A stretch of DNA of 64,000 nucleotides from Gemmatimonadota bacterium (GCA_039588255.1 JBDHAF010000014.1:469-64468), one strand, 5' to 3'; positions 9,066 through 19,717 are shown, counted from the stretch's first letter. Numbers and translations are program-made. Notes: a model not told the origin generated them from the sequence alone.

Positions 9066-10253
9066 CTACCGGCTATACCGCTCCAGCCACTGCAAGTCGT
9101 CTTCGTCGGTCACCACCGCATAGAGCACGCTGTCCCCGAAGCCCACGAGGCGCCGTCCCTCGGGCAACTGCACCTGTTTCACCAATTCGCCCCGCTGGTC
9201 GAAGACGTCGAAAAGAGCTCGCCGCTCGTCGCGGTGCGACTGGTGTCGCATCACCCAGACCTCGCCCTCCGGTGTGACCCGAGCGGCGTTGGACGGGAAC
9301 GGCGGCTTGAAGTCAGGGAACTCCACCTCGTCCAGGTCGGGCCGGGGAACCTCGAAAGTCCCACCTCCGCCACGACCGCCTCCACTTCCGCCCATCGCGA
9401 CGAACGTCGCCGTGCTGCTTGCCTGCCTGTCGGCCCACGCCTCCTTCTCGGCGTTGTTGATGCGAACGGGGTCGAAGTCGACTTCCGGCCCCGCCGTCGC
9501 CACACCCCCCCGGTACCAGTCGATGCCGTAGCTCCTCGCCCGCACGACGGCGACGCCACCGTCGGGAGCGATCACCCATGCGTCCTGGGGATTGAAGGGC
9601 CGATACCTCATCCCCGAGACGGCAATTCCGCCCGAGCCGCCTCGAGACAGGCTGATGGACCCTCCGCCCCTGGTTGACGGCGAATAGAACGCGCCAACCG
9701 TGTCGGCCACGTCGGCCACTGGGTCCCATCGCAGGATGGGCTGGGAGTCGGAGGGTGTTGCGCCCGAGCCTCCCCCCCGGTTGATCATGATCCCCCCTCC
9801 CGAGTAGTAGAAGTGCCCCTTTGCGTCGGTGCCGGTGGGGCGGATGAAGGACCCCGTCGAGGTCATCATCGGCCAGCTCTCCTTGTCCAACTCCCCGTCG
9901 GGCAGGATGCGGGTCAGGCGCATGTTGCCCATGTCCACCAGGAGGGTGACGTTGTGGGGCAGCGGCAGCAGCGCTCCGGGAGTTTCGTACTCTCCCGGCC
10001 CTGCGCCGCGGCGGCCTATCTCCCTCATGGTCCCCGCGGCGAAGTCGAGAAAGCTGATGTGTCGCTCGGTCTGATCCGCGACCACCACTCGGCCGTCGGC
10101 CAGCTCCCGCAGTCCGGCGATTCTCGTGAACGGCTCGGGAAAAACGCTCTCGGCGTCGCCGAGTTCCTGGATCCGTTGGCCGTGGGCCGGCGGTGTCATG
10201 GCGAGGCAGGCAATTCCGGCGACTCCGAAGGCCGATAGGTGGGCGACACGCAT
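9066..10253 (-). CDS. secreted hypothetical protein, probable beta-propeller
   Basis: The start chosen is the internal ATG, giving signal peptide MRVAHLSAFGVAGIACLAMTPPAHGQ. The sequence is repetitive and strand-rich. I recognise no catalytic motif. Confidence 0.55.
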   Translation of the reverse strand: MRVAHLSAFGVAGIACLAMTPPAHGQRIQELGDAESVFPEPFTRIAGLRELADGRVVVADQTERHISFLDFAAGTMREIGRRGAGPGEYETPGALLPLPHNVTLLVDMGNMRLTRILPDGELDKESWPMMTSTGSFIRPTGTDAKGHFYYSGGGIMINRGGGSGATPSDSQPILRWDPVADVADTVGAFYSPSTRGGGSISLSRGGSGGIAVSGMRYRPFNPQDAWVIAPDGGVAVVRARSYGIDWYRGGVATAGPEVDFDPVRINNAEKEAWADRQASSTATFVAMGGSGGGRGGGGTFEVPRPDLDEVEFPDFKPPFPSNAARVTPEGEVWVMRHQSHRDERRALFDVFDQRGELVKQVQLPEGRRLVGFGDSVLYAVVTDEDDLQWLERYSR

Positions 10254-10340
10254 GCTGGTTGGTGCTCCGTTTGAGGTGACGGTGATCAAAGTGTAGATGC
10301 GCTGCCGGCGGCAAAGGTCGCCGGGATCATTCGCGCGGCG

Positions 10341-10376
10341 AATTAGTATTAGTTATTACATATTTAATAATAAATG
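10341..10376. promoter_or_regulatory. AT-rich island containing the inverted repeat TTATTA-N6-TAATAA (10353-10370)
   Basis: The sequence aattagtattagttattacatatttaataataaatg stands out in otherwise GC-rich DNA. It lies in the 420-bp divergent region between 10253/10289 (-) and the RND operon (+). Confidence 0.3.
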
Positions 10377-10709
10377 GGTTCCAGTCGCACCTAGGCCGAA
10401 TCGGCGTGGCTGCCCGCCTCGTCACGAGGCGGGGCCCGCAAACGGCACACTCCGAGCCCGGGTCCAACGCACTGGGTGGCGGTGAGCTCCACGCTCGGCG
10501 CAACCATTGAGCCCCGGGGAGCATCTAGTGGAGTAATTCACCGGTTGGGCCGCGAATCCAACCGCTTGGCCGTGGGGTATTTGATGAGCACGGAAAGCGC
10601 CAATCTTTAGATATTACAGAGCTGGGCCATCCGCAGCGCCTCGCCGCCCGGCATCGCCAGAAATCTCCGGCCCTCTGGGGTCGCCGTCTCTATCCATAGA
10701 GTTCTGATT

Positions 10710-11894
10710 ATGAGTGCTGTAAGACGCTTTTTTGGTCCCTCCCTCGCCTTCGCGGTAATTGTCATGCTGGGGTCCGGAATCTACCTGCGCATCCGGGGAG
10801 CGGGCGAGGACGAAGCGGGGGGTGGTGAAGACAGTAGCGACCTTCCGGAGGTGTCCGCCACGAGCACCTTCGGCACCGACGTGGCGATTCCGGTGGGTGG
10901 TGCGGAGGTGGTCCTCGATACGTTGGTCATTTCCGTGACGGCAGCCGGCGAGGCCGCCGCATGGCGCCAGAGCAACGTGCTGGCGCAGGTGGTCGGAATC
11001 GCGCAACGCATCGCGGTCAGGGAAAACCAATCGGTGAGCGCCGGCCAGTTGCTGATTTCTCTCGACACCACGGATGTGGCGTTGGACGTTCGAGACGCGG
11101 AGGCGGGCCTCGCCCGGGCCGAAGCAGACTATCGCCAGCGCACCCTGTTCGACGATCAGATCGAGGACCCGGAGATCCGCGCGGAACGTGAGCGGGTAGC
11201 CAGGGCGCAGTCGGGCTTGGATCAAGCGCAGGTTGCCGTGGACCGGGCGCGGTTAGACCTGCAGCGCTCGAAGGTGAGAGCTCCCTTCGCAGGAAGGGTC
11301 GCCAACCTGAGAGTGAGCCAGGGTCACAGGGTCCAGGCGTCGGCAGAGCTGATGACGATAGTGGACATCGATCCCATAAAGGTCGAAGTCCAGGTCTTGG
11401 AGGCCGAGATCGGACTCCTCACGGCGGGCCGTGTCGCTCAGGTGACGTTCGCCGCCTTCCCGGGGGAGAGCTTCATCGGTCGGATCGAGACCATCAATCC
11501 CGTCATCGAGACGGAGTCCCGGACCGCACGAGTCACGGTTCGGATCCCCAATCCCGACGGGCGCATTCTCCCGGGCATGTACGCCCGTGTGTCCCTCGAG
11601 GCCCGGCGATTTGCCGACCGGATCCTCGTTCCCAAGAGCGCCATCATCGAGCGCGATCGCCGCGACATGCTCTTCGTGTACGAGGGAGACGAACGTGGCG
11701 GGCTCGCCAAATGGAACTACGTCACCACCGGGTTGGAGAACGACTCCCTGGTGGAGATCGTTGCGAATCCCGACACCGAGATGTTGGAGCCGGGCCAGAT
11801 CGTCCTCATCGATGGTCACTACACGCTGATCCACGACGCGGTGGTGCGCCTCGACGAAGACCCCCGCCGGGCCGAGGGTGGCCGGCCTCGCTGA
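10710..11894 (+). CDS. efflux RND periplasmic adaptor subunit (HlyD/MFP family)
   Basis: 394 aa with an N-terminal membrane anchor and a coiled-coil hairpin. Has the lipoyl/beta-barrel signature RAPFAGRVANL and is the first gene of the RND operon. Confidence 0.85.
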   Translation: MSAVRRFFGPSLAFAVIVMLGSGIYLRIRGAGEDEAGGGEDSSDLPEVSATSTFGTDVAIPVGGAEVVLDTLVISVTAAGEAAAWRQSNVLAQVVGIAQRIAVRENQSVSAGQLLISLDTTDVALDVRDAEAGLARAEADYRQRTLFDDQIEDPEIRAERERVARAQSGLDQAQVAVDRARLDLQRSKVRAPFAGRVANLRVSQGHRVQASAELMTIVDIDPIKVEVQVLEAEIGLLTAGRVAQVTFAAFPGESFIGRIETINPVIETESRTARVTVRIPNPDGRILPGMYARVSLEARRFADRILVPKSAIIERDRRDMLFVYEGDERGGLAKWNYVTTGLENDSLVEIVANPDTEMLEPGQIVLIDGHYTLIHDAVVRLDEDPRRAEGGRPR

Positions 11895-11918
11895 AAGGCT
11901 TTCTAGGAAACGTGTGCC

Positions 11919-13271
11919 ATGAGAATTCGAATTCTGTTGACGGGCATGTTGGCTTTGGCCGCCGGTCCCGCCATCGCGCAGGAGCAAGTCTCCAGGATGA
12001 CGCTGGAGCAAGCGCTGGCGATCGCCAGAGAGCGCAACCCGGAGTACCAACGGTTCCTTGCGGACCGCAACGCGGCGGAATCGGGTGTCCGGACCGGATA
12101 TGGAGCGTTTCTCCCGGACGTGACTGCCAACATGCGTTGGAGTGGTAGTCGAAACACGACGGTGACGGGTACCGACGATTTCGGCCGGTCGGTGGAGCTC
12201 CCCCAACCAATCACGTTCCTGAGCAGCTTCGTCAGCCAGGACATCTCCGCCTCGATGACGTTGTTCGACGGTCTCCAGAACGTGAAACAGCTCCGGGCCG
12301 CCCGCTACGATGTGGATGCGGCGGACGGGGGGCTCCGGGCAGCGGGTGCCAGGGTGGATGCCGAGGTCATGCGGCGCTTTTATGACGCGCTCCGGACCGA
12401 GCTCCTGATCGCCGTGGAGGAGCAGCTCCTGGAATCGGCGCAGGATCGGCTGTCGGCCAACGAGCGGCTGTTTCGCGTGGGAAGCACCGATCAAGTGGAC
12501 GTCCTCGGAGCGCAGGTCGACGTGGCCCGGCAAGAGCAGGCGTTGGAGCGGGCGCACGGCGATGCGGGGAAGGCGCGGCTGCGGGTGCTGCAACAGCTGG
12601 GCGTGCTCGACGAGTCCCTGGATTTCGAACCCGTGGGCAGCTTGCCCGAGCCCTTCAACCCGTCGGTTTTCGACGCCGAATCGCTCGTGGCCCGGGCCTT
12701 CGAATTGAGTCCGGGCCTGAGTCAGGCGGACGCACAAGCTGCGGCTGCGGGGCAACGCGCCGGCGCCGCTCGGGGCCGCTGGCTCCCCACGGTGAGCATC
12801 AGCGGCGGCTACCGGAGGTCGTTGCAGGAGCAAGACTACAGCGCGTTCGGCCAGTTCAATCCCAAGGACTACGGCTTCAACTTCGGAATAGGCATTTCAC
12901 TGCCGATCTTCAACGGGTTTCAGACCTCCGACGCCGTCACGCAGGCGGACGTCGCTTCCACCCGGGCGGAGGAGACGTACCGAGAGACGAGACTGGCCGT
13001 CGAACAGGGCGTGCGGAGCTCCTACATCGACCTCCAAAACGCATACCAGGGTTTGGTGATTCAGCGTCGCGCGACGGAGCTAGCCGGGCAACGGATGGAG
13101 CTGGCCCGGGAGCAGTTCCGCTTGGGATCGGCCACGATGACGTTCACACAGCTTCAGACGATCATCGAGCAAGCCGCCAACCAGGAGCGGGCATTGGTGG
13201 ACGCGGAGTATCAGTTCGCCGTTGCGCTCGTGAGCCTAGAAGAACAAGTCGCCGAGCCCGTCGTTCAGTAA
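11919..13271 (+). CDS. TolC-family outer membrane efflux protein
   Basis: 450 aa with signal peptide ...AAGPAIAQ. Shows the two-repeat TolC architecture (LTLEQALAIARERNPEY ...). Confidence 0.85.
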   Translation: MRIRILLTGMLALAAGPAIAQEQVSRMTLEQALAIARERNPEYQRFLADRNAAESGVRTGYGAFLPDVTANMRWSGSRNTTVTGTDDFGRSVELPQPITFLSSFVSQDISASMTLFDGLQNVKQLRAARYDVDAADGGLRAAGARVDAEVMRRFYDALRTELLIAVEEQLLESAQDRLSANERLFRVGSTDQVDVLGAQVDVARQEQALERAHGDAGKARLRVLQQLGVLDESLDFEPVGSLPEPFNPSVFDAESLVARAFELSPGLSQADAQAAAAGQRAGAARGRWLPTVSISGGYRRSLQEQDYSAFGQFNPKDYGFNFGIGISLPIFNGFQTSDAVTQADVASTRAEETYRETRLAVEQGVRSSYIDLQNAYQGLVIQRRATELAGQRMELAREQFRLGSATMTFTQLQTIIEQAANQERALVDAEYQFAVALVSLEEQVAEPVVQ

Positions 13272-13280
13272 GGACGCGAG

Positions 13281-16200
13281 ATGTCACTCTCCAGTGCTTC
13301 CATCAAGCGCCCCGTCGCGGTGGCGATGCTGTTCCTCGCCATCGCGCTGCTGGGATTGATTTCCTTCCGGCGCCTGCCCATTGACCTACTGCCGGACATC
13401 TCTTACCCGCGGCTCGTTGTGTACACGACGTACCCAGACGTCGCGCCGCGCGAAGTCGAACGTTTTCTCACGGAGCGCATCGAGCAGCGCGTCAGCTCCG
13501 TACCTGGCGTCGAGCGTGTCGAGAGTGTTTCCCGGGAGGGAATTTCCCTGGTCACGTTGCGCTTCGCGTGGGGTACGGACATGGACTTCGCGGTCCTCAA
13601 CGTGCGGGAGCAGTTGGACAACATCCGCGACCAGCTCCCCGAGCTGGCGGACCGACCCGTCGTGCTCCGGACTGATCCCACGTCCGAGCCCATCATCTCC
13701 ATCTCAGCGTCGGGGCGAGAGAATCTCTGGGCGCTCAAGGATATGGCGGAGCAGGTATTCAAGCGCCGGCTGGAGCAGATCGACGGGATCGCACAAGCGG
13801 CGGTGGCTGGCGGGCTCGAACGGGAAATTCACGTAGAGGTCGATCCCCGCCTCCTCCAGGCGTATGAGATCGAGATCGACCAAATCATATCTGCCATCGA
13901 CGCCGCCAACGAGAGCGCGCCTGGTGGCACGATTCGACGCGGTCGGTATCGCTATGCCCTCCGCACGATCGGTGAGTTCCAATCGGTAGAGGAAATCGGG
14001 CGGGTGCCGTTGACGCGCGGAACCGGCGACACCTCGACAGTGAGCGGGGTCGTGCGGCTCTCGGACGTCGCGGTCGTGACCGACGGGTTCAAAGAGCGAG
14101 AGTCCATCGCGCGGTACAACGGCGCTGACGCCGTGGGACTGCTGTTGTTCAAAGAGTCGGGAGCCAACACGGTCCGCGTCAGCGAGCAGGTGGACGAAGT
14201 GTTGGCACAACTCCAGGCGGAGTACCCGGACATCGCGCTCGACGTGGCGATGAGCCAGGCCGGGTTCATCTCCGACGCCATCGCCAGCGTGGTGCAGGCG
14301 TTGCTGTTCGGTGGCGCGCTGGCCTTCTTGGTGCTCTTCCTCTTCCTGCGGGACGCCCGATACCCCGTTGCCATTGCACTGGCGATCCCCATTTCCGTCA
14401 TCGCGTCGTTCTCTTTGTTGGACCTGGCCGGGGTGTCTCTCAACATCATGAGCCTCGGCGGTCTGGCGTTGGGTGTGGGCATGTTGGTGGACAACTCCAT
14501 CGTGGTGCTCGAAAACATCTTCCGGCACCGGGAACTGGGGAAACAGGCGTCGTTGGCCGCGGCGGTGGGAGCCCGCGAGGTGCAGGGGGCCATTGCGGCT
14601 TCGACCTTGACGACAATCAGCGTATTCGGGCCGATCATCTACGTGGAGGGCGTGGCCGGCCAGCTCTTCGGCGCCCTCTCGTTTGCCGTGGCGTTTGCGC
14701 TCATCGCGAGCTTGATCGTCGCCCTGACGTTGCTTCCCACGATGGCAGCCCGGTTCGGACGTGGTGACGAGCGGGCTCTCGGAGAAGACCTCGAGGAGGC
14801 TCCCATCGAGGGTCGGCTACGGTGGGCCAAGCAGATGGGCCGCAGCGCTCGCCACGGGGTGGTTCGAGGCGGCCGCGCCGTTTGGAGTGCCGCGGTGGGG
14901 ACGTGGAGGGGAATCGGCAGGATCCTCCTCTTCGCAGCCGCTCCACTACTCGATGTATTCGATCGGGTGTTCGATCGATTTGCCGACCGGTATCACACCG
15001 TGTTGGAGAGTGCACTCGATCACCGTGGTCGGGTCGTCATTCTGTCGGTGGTGTTGCTGGCCGGGGGAATCGTACTTGGCTGGTCGTTGGATCGCGGTGT
15101 CCTTCCCGAGGTCGATCAAGGATCGTTCCAAGCACGGCTCAACTTGCCGCGCGGGACGCCCATCGAGGAGACAGAAGCTGCCGCGGCGAGGCTCGAGCAA
15201 GCATTTCTGGAGCACCCGAACGTCGCGGCGGTGTTCACCCGTGTGGGCCGACAGGAGGCCATCGCCGGTGTCGAGGAAGAGGAAAGCGGACTCAACACAG
15301 CCACACTGGACGTGCGTCTCGTAGAGGGAGCTGCCACAGCGGCGACACTGGACGGACTGGCCCGGACATTCGAGTCGTTCCCTCCGTCGGCCATTGCCGT
15401 CGAGACCGGCCAGGCCACGGCGCTGGGCCGGTTGCTGGGCGGTGGTGAGGCGGACCTGGCGGTGCGGATTCGCGGGGACGATCTCGATGAGGCGTTCCTC
15501 TATGCCCAATCGCTGGCGGAGCAGCTCGGCGGCGTTGCGACGCTGACCAACGTCCGCCTGTCGACCGAGGAGGGGCAGCCGGAAGTGCTCATCCACGTGA
15601 ACCGGGAGCGGGCTGCCGCGTACGACATCGAGCCTCGGGCGATCGTGGAAACAGTCGAGCGGTTCATGCGCGGTGAGGTCCCCACAGAGTACGTCGACTT
15701 TGATCAGAAGATTCCCATCCTCGTTCGCTTGCCGGAAGCCGATCGGCGGTCGCTGGCCACACTCGAGACACTGGAGATCCGAGGCGTGCCGCTGCGTGAG
15801 CTGGTGCGGACGCGGGAGACGGTGGGTCCGGCCGAGGTGCGACGGGTAGAGCAGTCGCGTACCGTGACTGTGTACGCCGACGTAGCCGTGGGTGGTTTGG
15901 ACCGTGCGCTGGCGGACGTGACGGCGGCTGTCGCCGCGAGCCCGCCACAGAGGGGGTTGCGGTGGGACGTCGGCGGCGAAAACGAGGAGCGCGCTCGGAG
16001 CTTTCGCGATCTGGCGTTCGCCTTCGGCCTCGCGTTGATCCTCGTGTATATGATTCTCGCGGCCCAGTTCGAGTCGTTCGTGCACCCGTTCACCATTCTG
16101 TTGAGTGTTCCGCTGGCGACGGTGGGCGGCGCGGTGGCGCTGTGGATGACCGGGGCGGGCCTCAACACGATGAGCCTGATCGGGATGGTGATTCTCGTCG

Positions 16201-16586
16201 GGATCGTGGTGAACGACGCGATCGTGAAGGTCGACTTCATCAATCAGATACGAGAACAGGGATATGCATTGCGTGAGGCGATACTCGAGGCGGGCCGTGT
16301 CCGCCTCCGACCGATCATCATGACAACGATGACGACGGTGTTCGGTCTGTTGCCGATGGCACTCGGGCTCGGTCGGGGATCGGATCTCCGCGCGCCCTTG
16401 GCGGTCGTGGTCATCGGCGGATTGCTGAGCGCCACCGCCCTCACCCTCATCATCGTTCCCGTGGCGTATGATCTGATCGAAGAGGGGCGGGCCAAGTTCA
16501 GAGCGACGGTCGGCATGGGCCAAGTGGCAGTGGAAAGGACCGACGACACGGGCGCAGCACCGAGTCCTGCGGGGGGAGAGTCATGA
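13281..16586 (+). CDS. RND efflux permease (AcrB/HAE family), copy 1
   Basis: 1101 aa. N-terminus SIKRPVAVAMLFLAI, conserved GMLVDNSIVVLENI and VGIVVNDAIV motifs, 12-TM layout. Confidence 0.93.
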   Translation: MSLSSASIKRPVAVAMLFLAIALLGLISFRRLPIDLLPDISYPRLVVYTTYPDVAPREVERFLTERIEQRVSSVPGVERVESVSREGISLVTLRFAWGTDMDFAVLNVREQLDNIRDQLPELADRPVVLRTDPTSEPIISISASGRENLWALKDMAEQVFKRRLEQIDGIAQAAVAGGLEREIHVEVDPRLLQAYEIEIDQIISAIDAANESAPGGTIRRGRYRYALRTIGEFQSVEEIGRVPLTRGTGDTSTVSGVVRLSDVAVVTDGFKERESIARYNGADAVGLLLFKESGANTVRVSEQVDEVLAQLQAEYPDIALDVAMSQAGFISDAIASVVQALLFGGALAFLVLFLFLRDARYPVAIALAIPISVIASFSLLDLAGVSLNIMSLGGLALGVGMLVDNSIVVLENIFRHRELGKQASLAAAVGAREVQGAIAASTLTTISVFGPIIYVEGVAGQLFGALSFAVAFALIASLIVALTLLPTMAARFGRGDERALGEDLEEAPIEGRLRWAKQMGRSARHGVVRGGRAVWSAAVGTWRGIGRILLFAAAPLLDVFDRVFDRFADRYHTVLESALDHRGRVVILSVVLLAGGIVLGWSLDRGVLPEVDQGSFQARLNLPRGTPIEETEAAAARLEQAFLEHPNVAAVFTRVGRQEAIAGVEEEESGLNTATLDVRLVEGAATAATLDGLARTFESFPPSAIAVETGQATALGRLLGGGEADLAVRIRGDDLDEAFLYAQSLAEQLGGVATLTNVRLSTEEGQPEVLIHVNRERAAAYDIEPRAIVETVERFMRGEVPTEYVDFDQKIPILVRLPEADRRSLATLETLEIRGVPLRELVRTRETVGPAEVRRVEQSRTVTVYADVAVGGLDRALADVTAAVAASPPQRGLRWDVGGENEERARSFRDLAFAFGLALILVYMILAAQFESFVHPFTILLSVPLATVGGAVALWMTGAGLNTMSLIGMVILVGIVVNDAIVKVDFINQIREQGYALREAILEAGRVRLRPIIMTTMTTVFGLLPMALGLGRGSDLRAPLAVVVIGGLLSATALTLIIVPVAYDLIEEGRAKFRATVGMGQVAVERTDDTGAAPSPAGGES

Positions 16587-19500
16587 TCAAGCTGGCGGTC
16601 AAACGTCCCGTAGCCGTCTCGATGGGGTATGTCGCCGTGGCGTTACTCGGCGTGGCAGCGTGGCGCAACATTCCGATTGAACTGCTGCCCAACACCGACT
16701 TGCCGCAACTGACCGTGGATGCACGATGGCGGGGGGCCTCGCCGGAAGCGACCGAGGCGTTCCTCACCGCACCCCTCGAGGCGGCGATCCAGCAAGTACG
16801 AGGCGTGGACAAGATCACCTCGACGTCGGAGGAAGATCAGGGCTGGGGCGTTTCGAGGATCCGGGTGGAGTTTCAGCGCGATGTCGATATGGATTTCGTG
16901 CGCCTAGAGCTCTCCGAGCGGCTGGCCGTTCTCGAGGAGGAGCTTCCGGTCGGCATCAACGGTCCCAACGTGAGTCCCTACGTCCCCAGAGAGTTCGAGG
17001 AACAGAACGAACCGTTTCTCCAGTACACCGTCACCGCCCCGTTCACGCTCGAGGCTATCCGCGCGCACCTCGATGACATCGTCGTGCCCGAGGTCCTCCA
17101 GGTGGAGGGTGTGGCGACGATTCGGGTCCAGGGCGGGCGGGACCGGCTGTTGGAACTGGAATTCGAAGAGGACGAGCTTAGGGCGCTGGGTCTGAACCCG
17201 CTGACGGTACGACAGCGCGTCTTGGACCTGGAGCAGGTCGCGGAGGCGGGAGCGGTGTACGACGACGGGATGTTACGCAGTCTCGCCATCCGGCAGCGCG
17301 CGGGCTCCGTCGACGATATTCGGAATCTGGTCGTCCTCAGCGACCGTGGTCGGTTCGTGCGCCTGTCCGACATCGCCGTCGTTCGTGACACGTACGAAGA
17401 CTACACGAGCCACTACCGCATCGACGGCCAACCGGCCGTCGCGTTCTCCATCATCAAGGAGCACGGTACCAACACGGTTGAGGTCGCCGATCGGGTCAAG
17501 GCCCGCATCGCGTCCATCGAGCATCTGAATCCCCCGGGCACGCGCGTTTTCATGGATCGGGACGAGAGTGAAGATATTCGAGCGCAGCTCACCGATTTAC
17601 GAGAGCGTGCCATCGTGGCGGCCTTGGTCATCTTTTCGGTGCTCCTCCTGTTCCTCCAGTCGTTCCGGTCGGCCGCTATCATCTTTGTGACCATCGCGTT
17701 CTCGATTCTCATCGCCCTCAACCTGATCTACTTCGGCGGTTTCACGCTGAACGTGCTGACGCTGATGGGACTGGCCATGGGCTTCGGTTTGATCGTGGAC
17801 AACGCGATCGTGGTGCTGGAGAACGTGTACCGCAAGCGGAGGGAAGGCGAGCCATCCGAGCGGGCCGCCCTGCTGGGAGCCCGCGAGGTGGTGTTGCCCA
17901 TCATGGCAGCCACGCTGACGACCCTCATCGTGTTCATTCCCTTCGTCTATCTCCAGGGCGAGTTGCGAGTGTACTACGTCCCGCTCGCCATCGTGGTGGG
18001 AATGAGCTTGCTCGCCAGCCTGTTCGTGGCATTCAGCTTCATTCCGTCGCTGGCGGCCCGGGTGCTGGGAGGTGTGGCGGTGGAGAACGGCTTGATGGGA
18101 GGCAAGCAGCGGCGTGAGCCCATCTACGTCCGGGCCTATGGGGGCATGGTACGACTCACATCGCGGTTTCCTTGGGTCACCATAGTACTGGCCGTCGGAG
18201 CGTTCTACGGGTCCTGGCATCTGTTCAACAAGTACGTGGACCGGGGCATTCTGTGGGGTGGGTTGTTTGGCCAAGACTCCTACATCGACATTCGCATCTC
18301 GTTGCCGCGGGGCGAGGAGCTGGAGCGCACAGACGAGTTGGCGCGTTTCTTCGAGGAAAAGCTCCTGCAAACGCCGGAGGTCGAGAAGTTCACCACCACC
18401 GTATGGGCGCAGCGGGGGTTCATTCGTGCAGAGTTCCCCGACGAGCTCGAGCAGACGCAGATCCCCGTCGCCATCAAAGAGCAGATGGTGGCGTTCAGCT
18501 ATCAGTTCGGGGGCGCCGACGTCCGGGTATACGGGTACGGCCCGTCGTTCTACGGCGGCGGTGGTAGCCCGCCCAACTACACTATCCGAATCTTCGGATA
18601 CAACTACGAGAGGGTCCGCGACATCGCCGAGGACATGAAACGGCGCCTGGAGCGGTTCTCCCGAGTCCGGGAGGTGGACACCAACGCCGGCGGAAACTGG
18701 TGGGGGAACGAGAAGTCGAGCGAGGTAGTGCTCGACCTCGACCGGGAACGGTTGGCGATGCACAACCTGTCGACGCGTGACGTGGTCGGGCAGGTCCGGG
18801 CGGCGGTCGGGGGTCGGACGTCCCAAGGACAGATCCGCGTCGGTGGTGACGAATTGGGTTTCGAAGTGAAGATGTCGGGGTACCGCGAGCTCGACGTGCT
18901 GGACTTGGCCGAGACGCTGCTCAGGTCGGCCCGCGGCGATGTTCGACTGGCGGACGTGGCAACCATCACCGAGCGGGACGTGCTCAATGTGATCGAGCGC
19001 GAGGACCAGCAGTACCAGCGCTCCGTGCGGTATGAATTTCGCGGACCGCGGAAGTTGGGAGACCGGTACCGCGATATCGTCATCGCCTCCACCGAACTGC
19101 CCGACGGTTACCGCATCGAGGGCCAGCAAACCTGGAGCTGGTCAGACGAGGAGCAATCGCAGATCTACATCGTGCTGGGTGTGTCCCTCATCCTGATCTT
19201 CATGGTGACGGCGGCGTTGTTCGAGTCCGTGCGGCAGCCCATCTGCGTGCTGCTCACCGTGCCCATGGCGCTCATCGGTGTGTTCATGATGTTCTTCTTC
19301 GCCGAGGCCAGTTTCACGCGGGAGGCGTACATCGGCGTCATCATGATGGGCGGCATCGTGGTGAACAACGCCATCCTGCTGGTGGACCACGTCAACCAGC
19401 TTCGCCGGAAGCGCGGCTTGCCTCTCATGGACGCGGTGGTGCGGGGAACGCTGGAGCGTGTACGACCTATCCTGATGACGAGCGCCACGACGGTCCTCGG

Positions 19501-19717
19501 GCTGCTGCCGCTGGTCATTTTCTCCGACTACGCCGACGCCAACATCTGGAATGCCCTGGGGTATGCCCTCATCGGTGGGCTGTTGAGCTCCACGTTGTTC
19601 GTGCTCACGGTGACGCCGGCGGTCTACGTGCTGTTCGAGCGCGGGCCGGAGCGGAAGCGAGTGCGGCGTGAGGCTGGTGTGCCAATCGGTGTGACACCGG
19701 CGCCGGCGGAGGCGTAG
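16583..19717 (+). CDS. RND efflux permease (AcrB/HAE family), copy 2
   Basis: 1044 aa. Contains AVKRPVAVSMGYV, GLIVDNAIVVLENV, GGIVVNNAILLVD. Its start overlaps the stop of copy 1 (ATGA). Confidence 0.93.
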   Translation: MIKLAVKRPVAVSMGYVAVALLGVAAWRNIPIELLPNTDLPQLTVDARWRGASPEATEAFLTAPLEAAIQQVRGVDKITSTSEEDQGWGVSRIRVEFQRDVDMDFVRLELSERLAVLEEELPVGINGPNVSPYVPREFEEQNEPFLQYTVTAPFTLEAIRAHLDDIVVPEVLQVEGVATIRVQGGRDRLLELEFEEDELRALGLNPLTVRQRVLDLEQVAEAGAVYDDGMLRSLAIRQRAGSVDDIRNLVVLSDRGRFVRLSDIAVVRDTYEDYTSHYRIDGQPAVAFSIIKEHGTNTVEVADRVKARIASIEHLNPPGTRVFMDRDESEDIRAQLTDLRERAIVAALVIFSVLLLFLQSFRSAAIIFVTIAFSILIALNLIYFGGFTLNVLTLMGLAMGFGLIVDNAIVVLENVYRKRREGEPSERAALLGAREVVLPIMAATLTTLIVFIPFVYLQGELRVYYVPLAIVVGMSLLASLFVAFSFIPSLAARVLGGVAVENGLMGGKQRREPIYVRAYGGMVRLTSRFPWVTIVLAVGAFYGSWHLFNKYVDRGILWGGLFGQDSYIDIRISLPRGEELERTDELARFFEEKLLQTPEVEKFTTTVWAQRGFIRAEFPDELEQTQIPVAIKEQMVAFSYQFGGADVRVYGYGPSFYGGGGSPPNYTIRIFGYNYERVRDIAEDMKRRLERFSRVREVDTNAGGNWWGNEKSSEVVLDLDRERLAMHNLSTRDVVGQVRAAVGGRTSQGQIRVGGDELGFEVKMSGYRELDVLDLAETLLRSARGDVRLADVATITERDVLNVIEREDQQYQRSVRYEFRGPRKLGDRYRDIVIASTELPDGYRIEGQQTWSWSDEEQSQIYIVLGVSLILIFMVTAALFESVRQPICVLLTVPMALIGVFMMFFFAEASFTREAYIGVIMMGGIVVNNAILLVDHVNQLRRKRGLPLMDAVVRGTLERVRPILMTSATTVLGLLPLVIFSDYADANIWNALGYALIGGLLSSTLFVLTVTPAVYVLFERGPERKRVRREAGVPIGVTPAPAEA

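Noticed and set aside
10614-11225. 203-aa minus-strand ORF in the leader of the RND operon.
   Set aside because: Most of it is antisense to the well-supported adaptor gene, and it has no recognisable motif.
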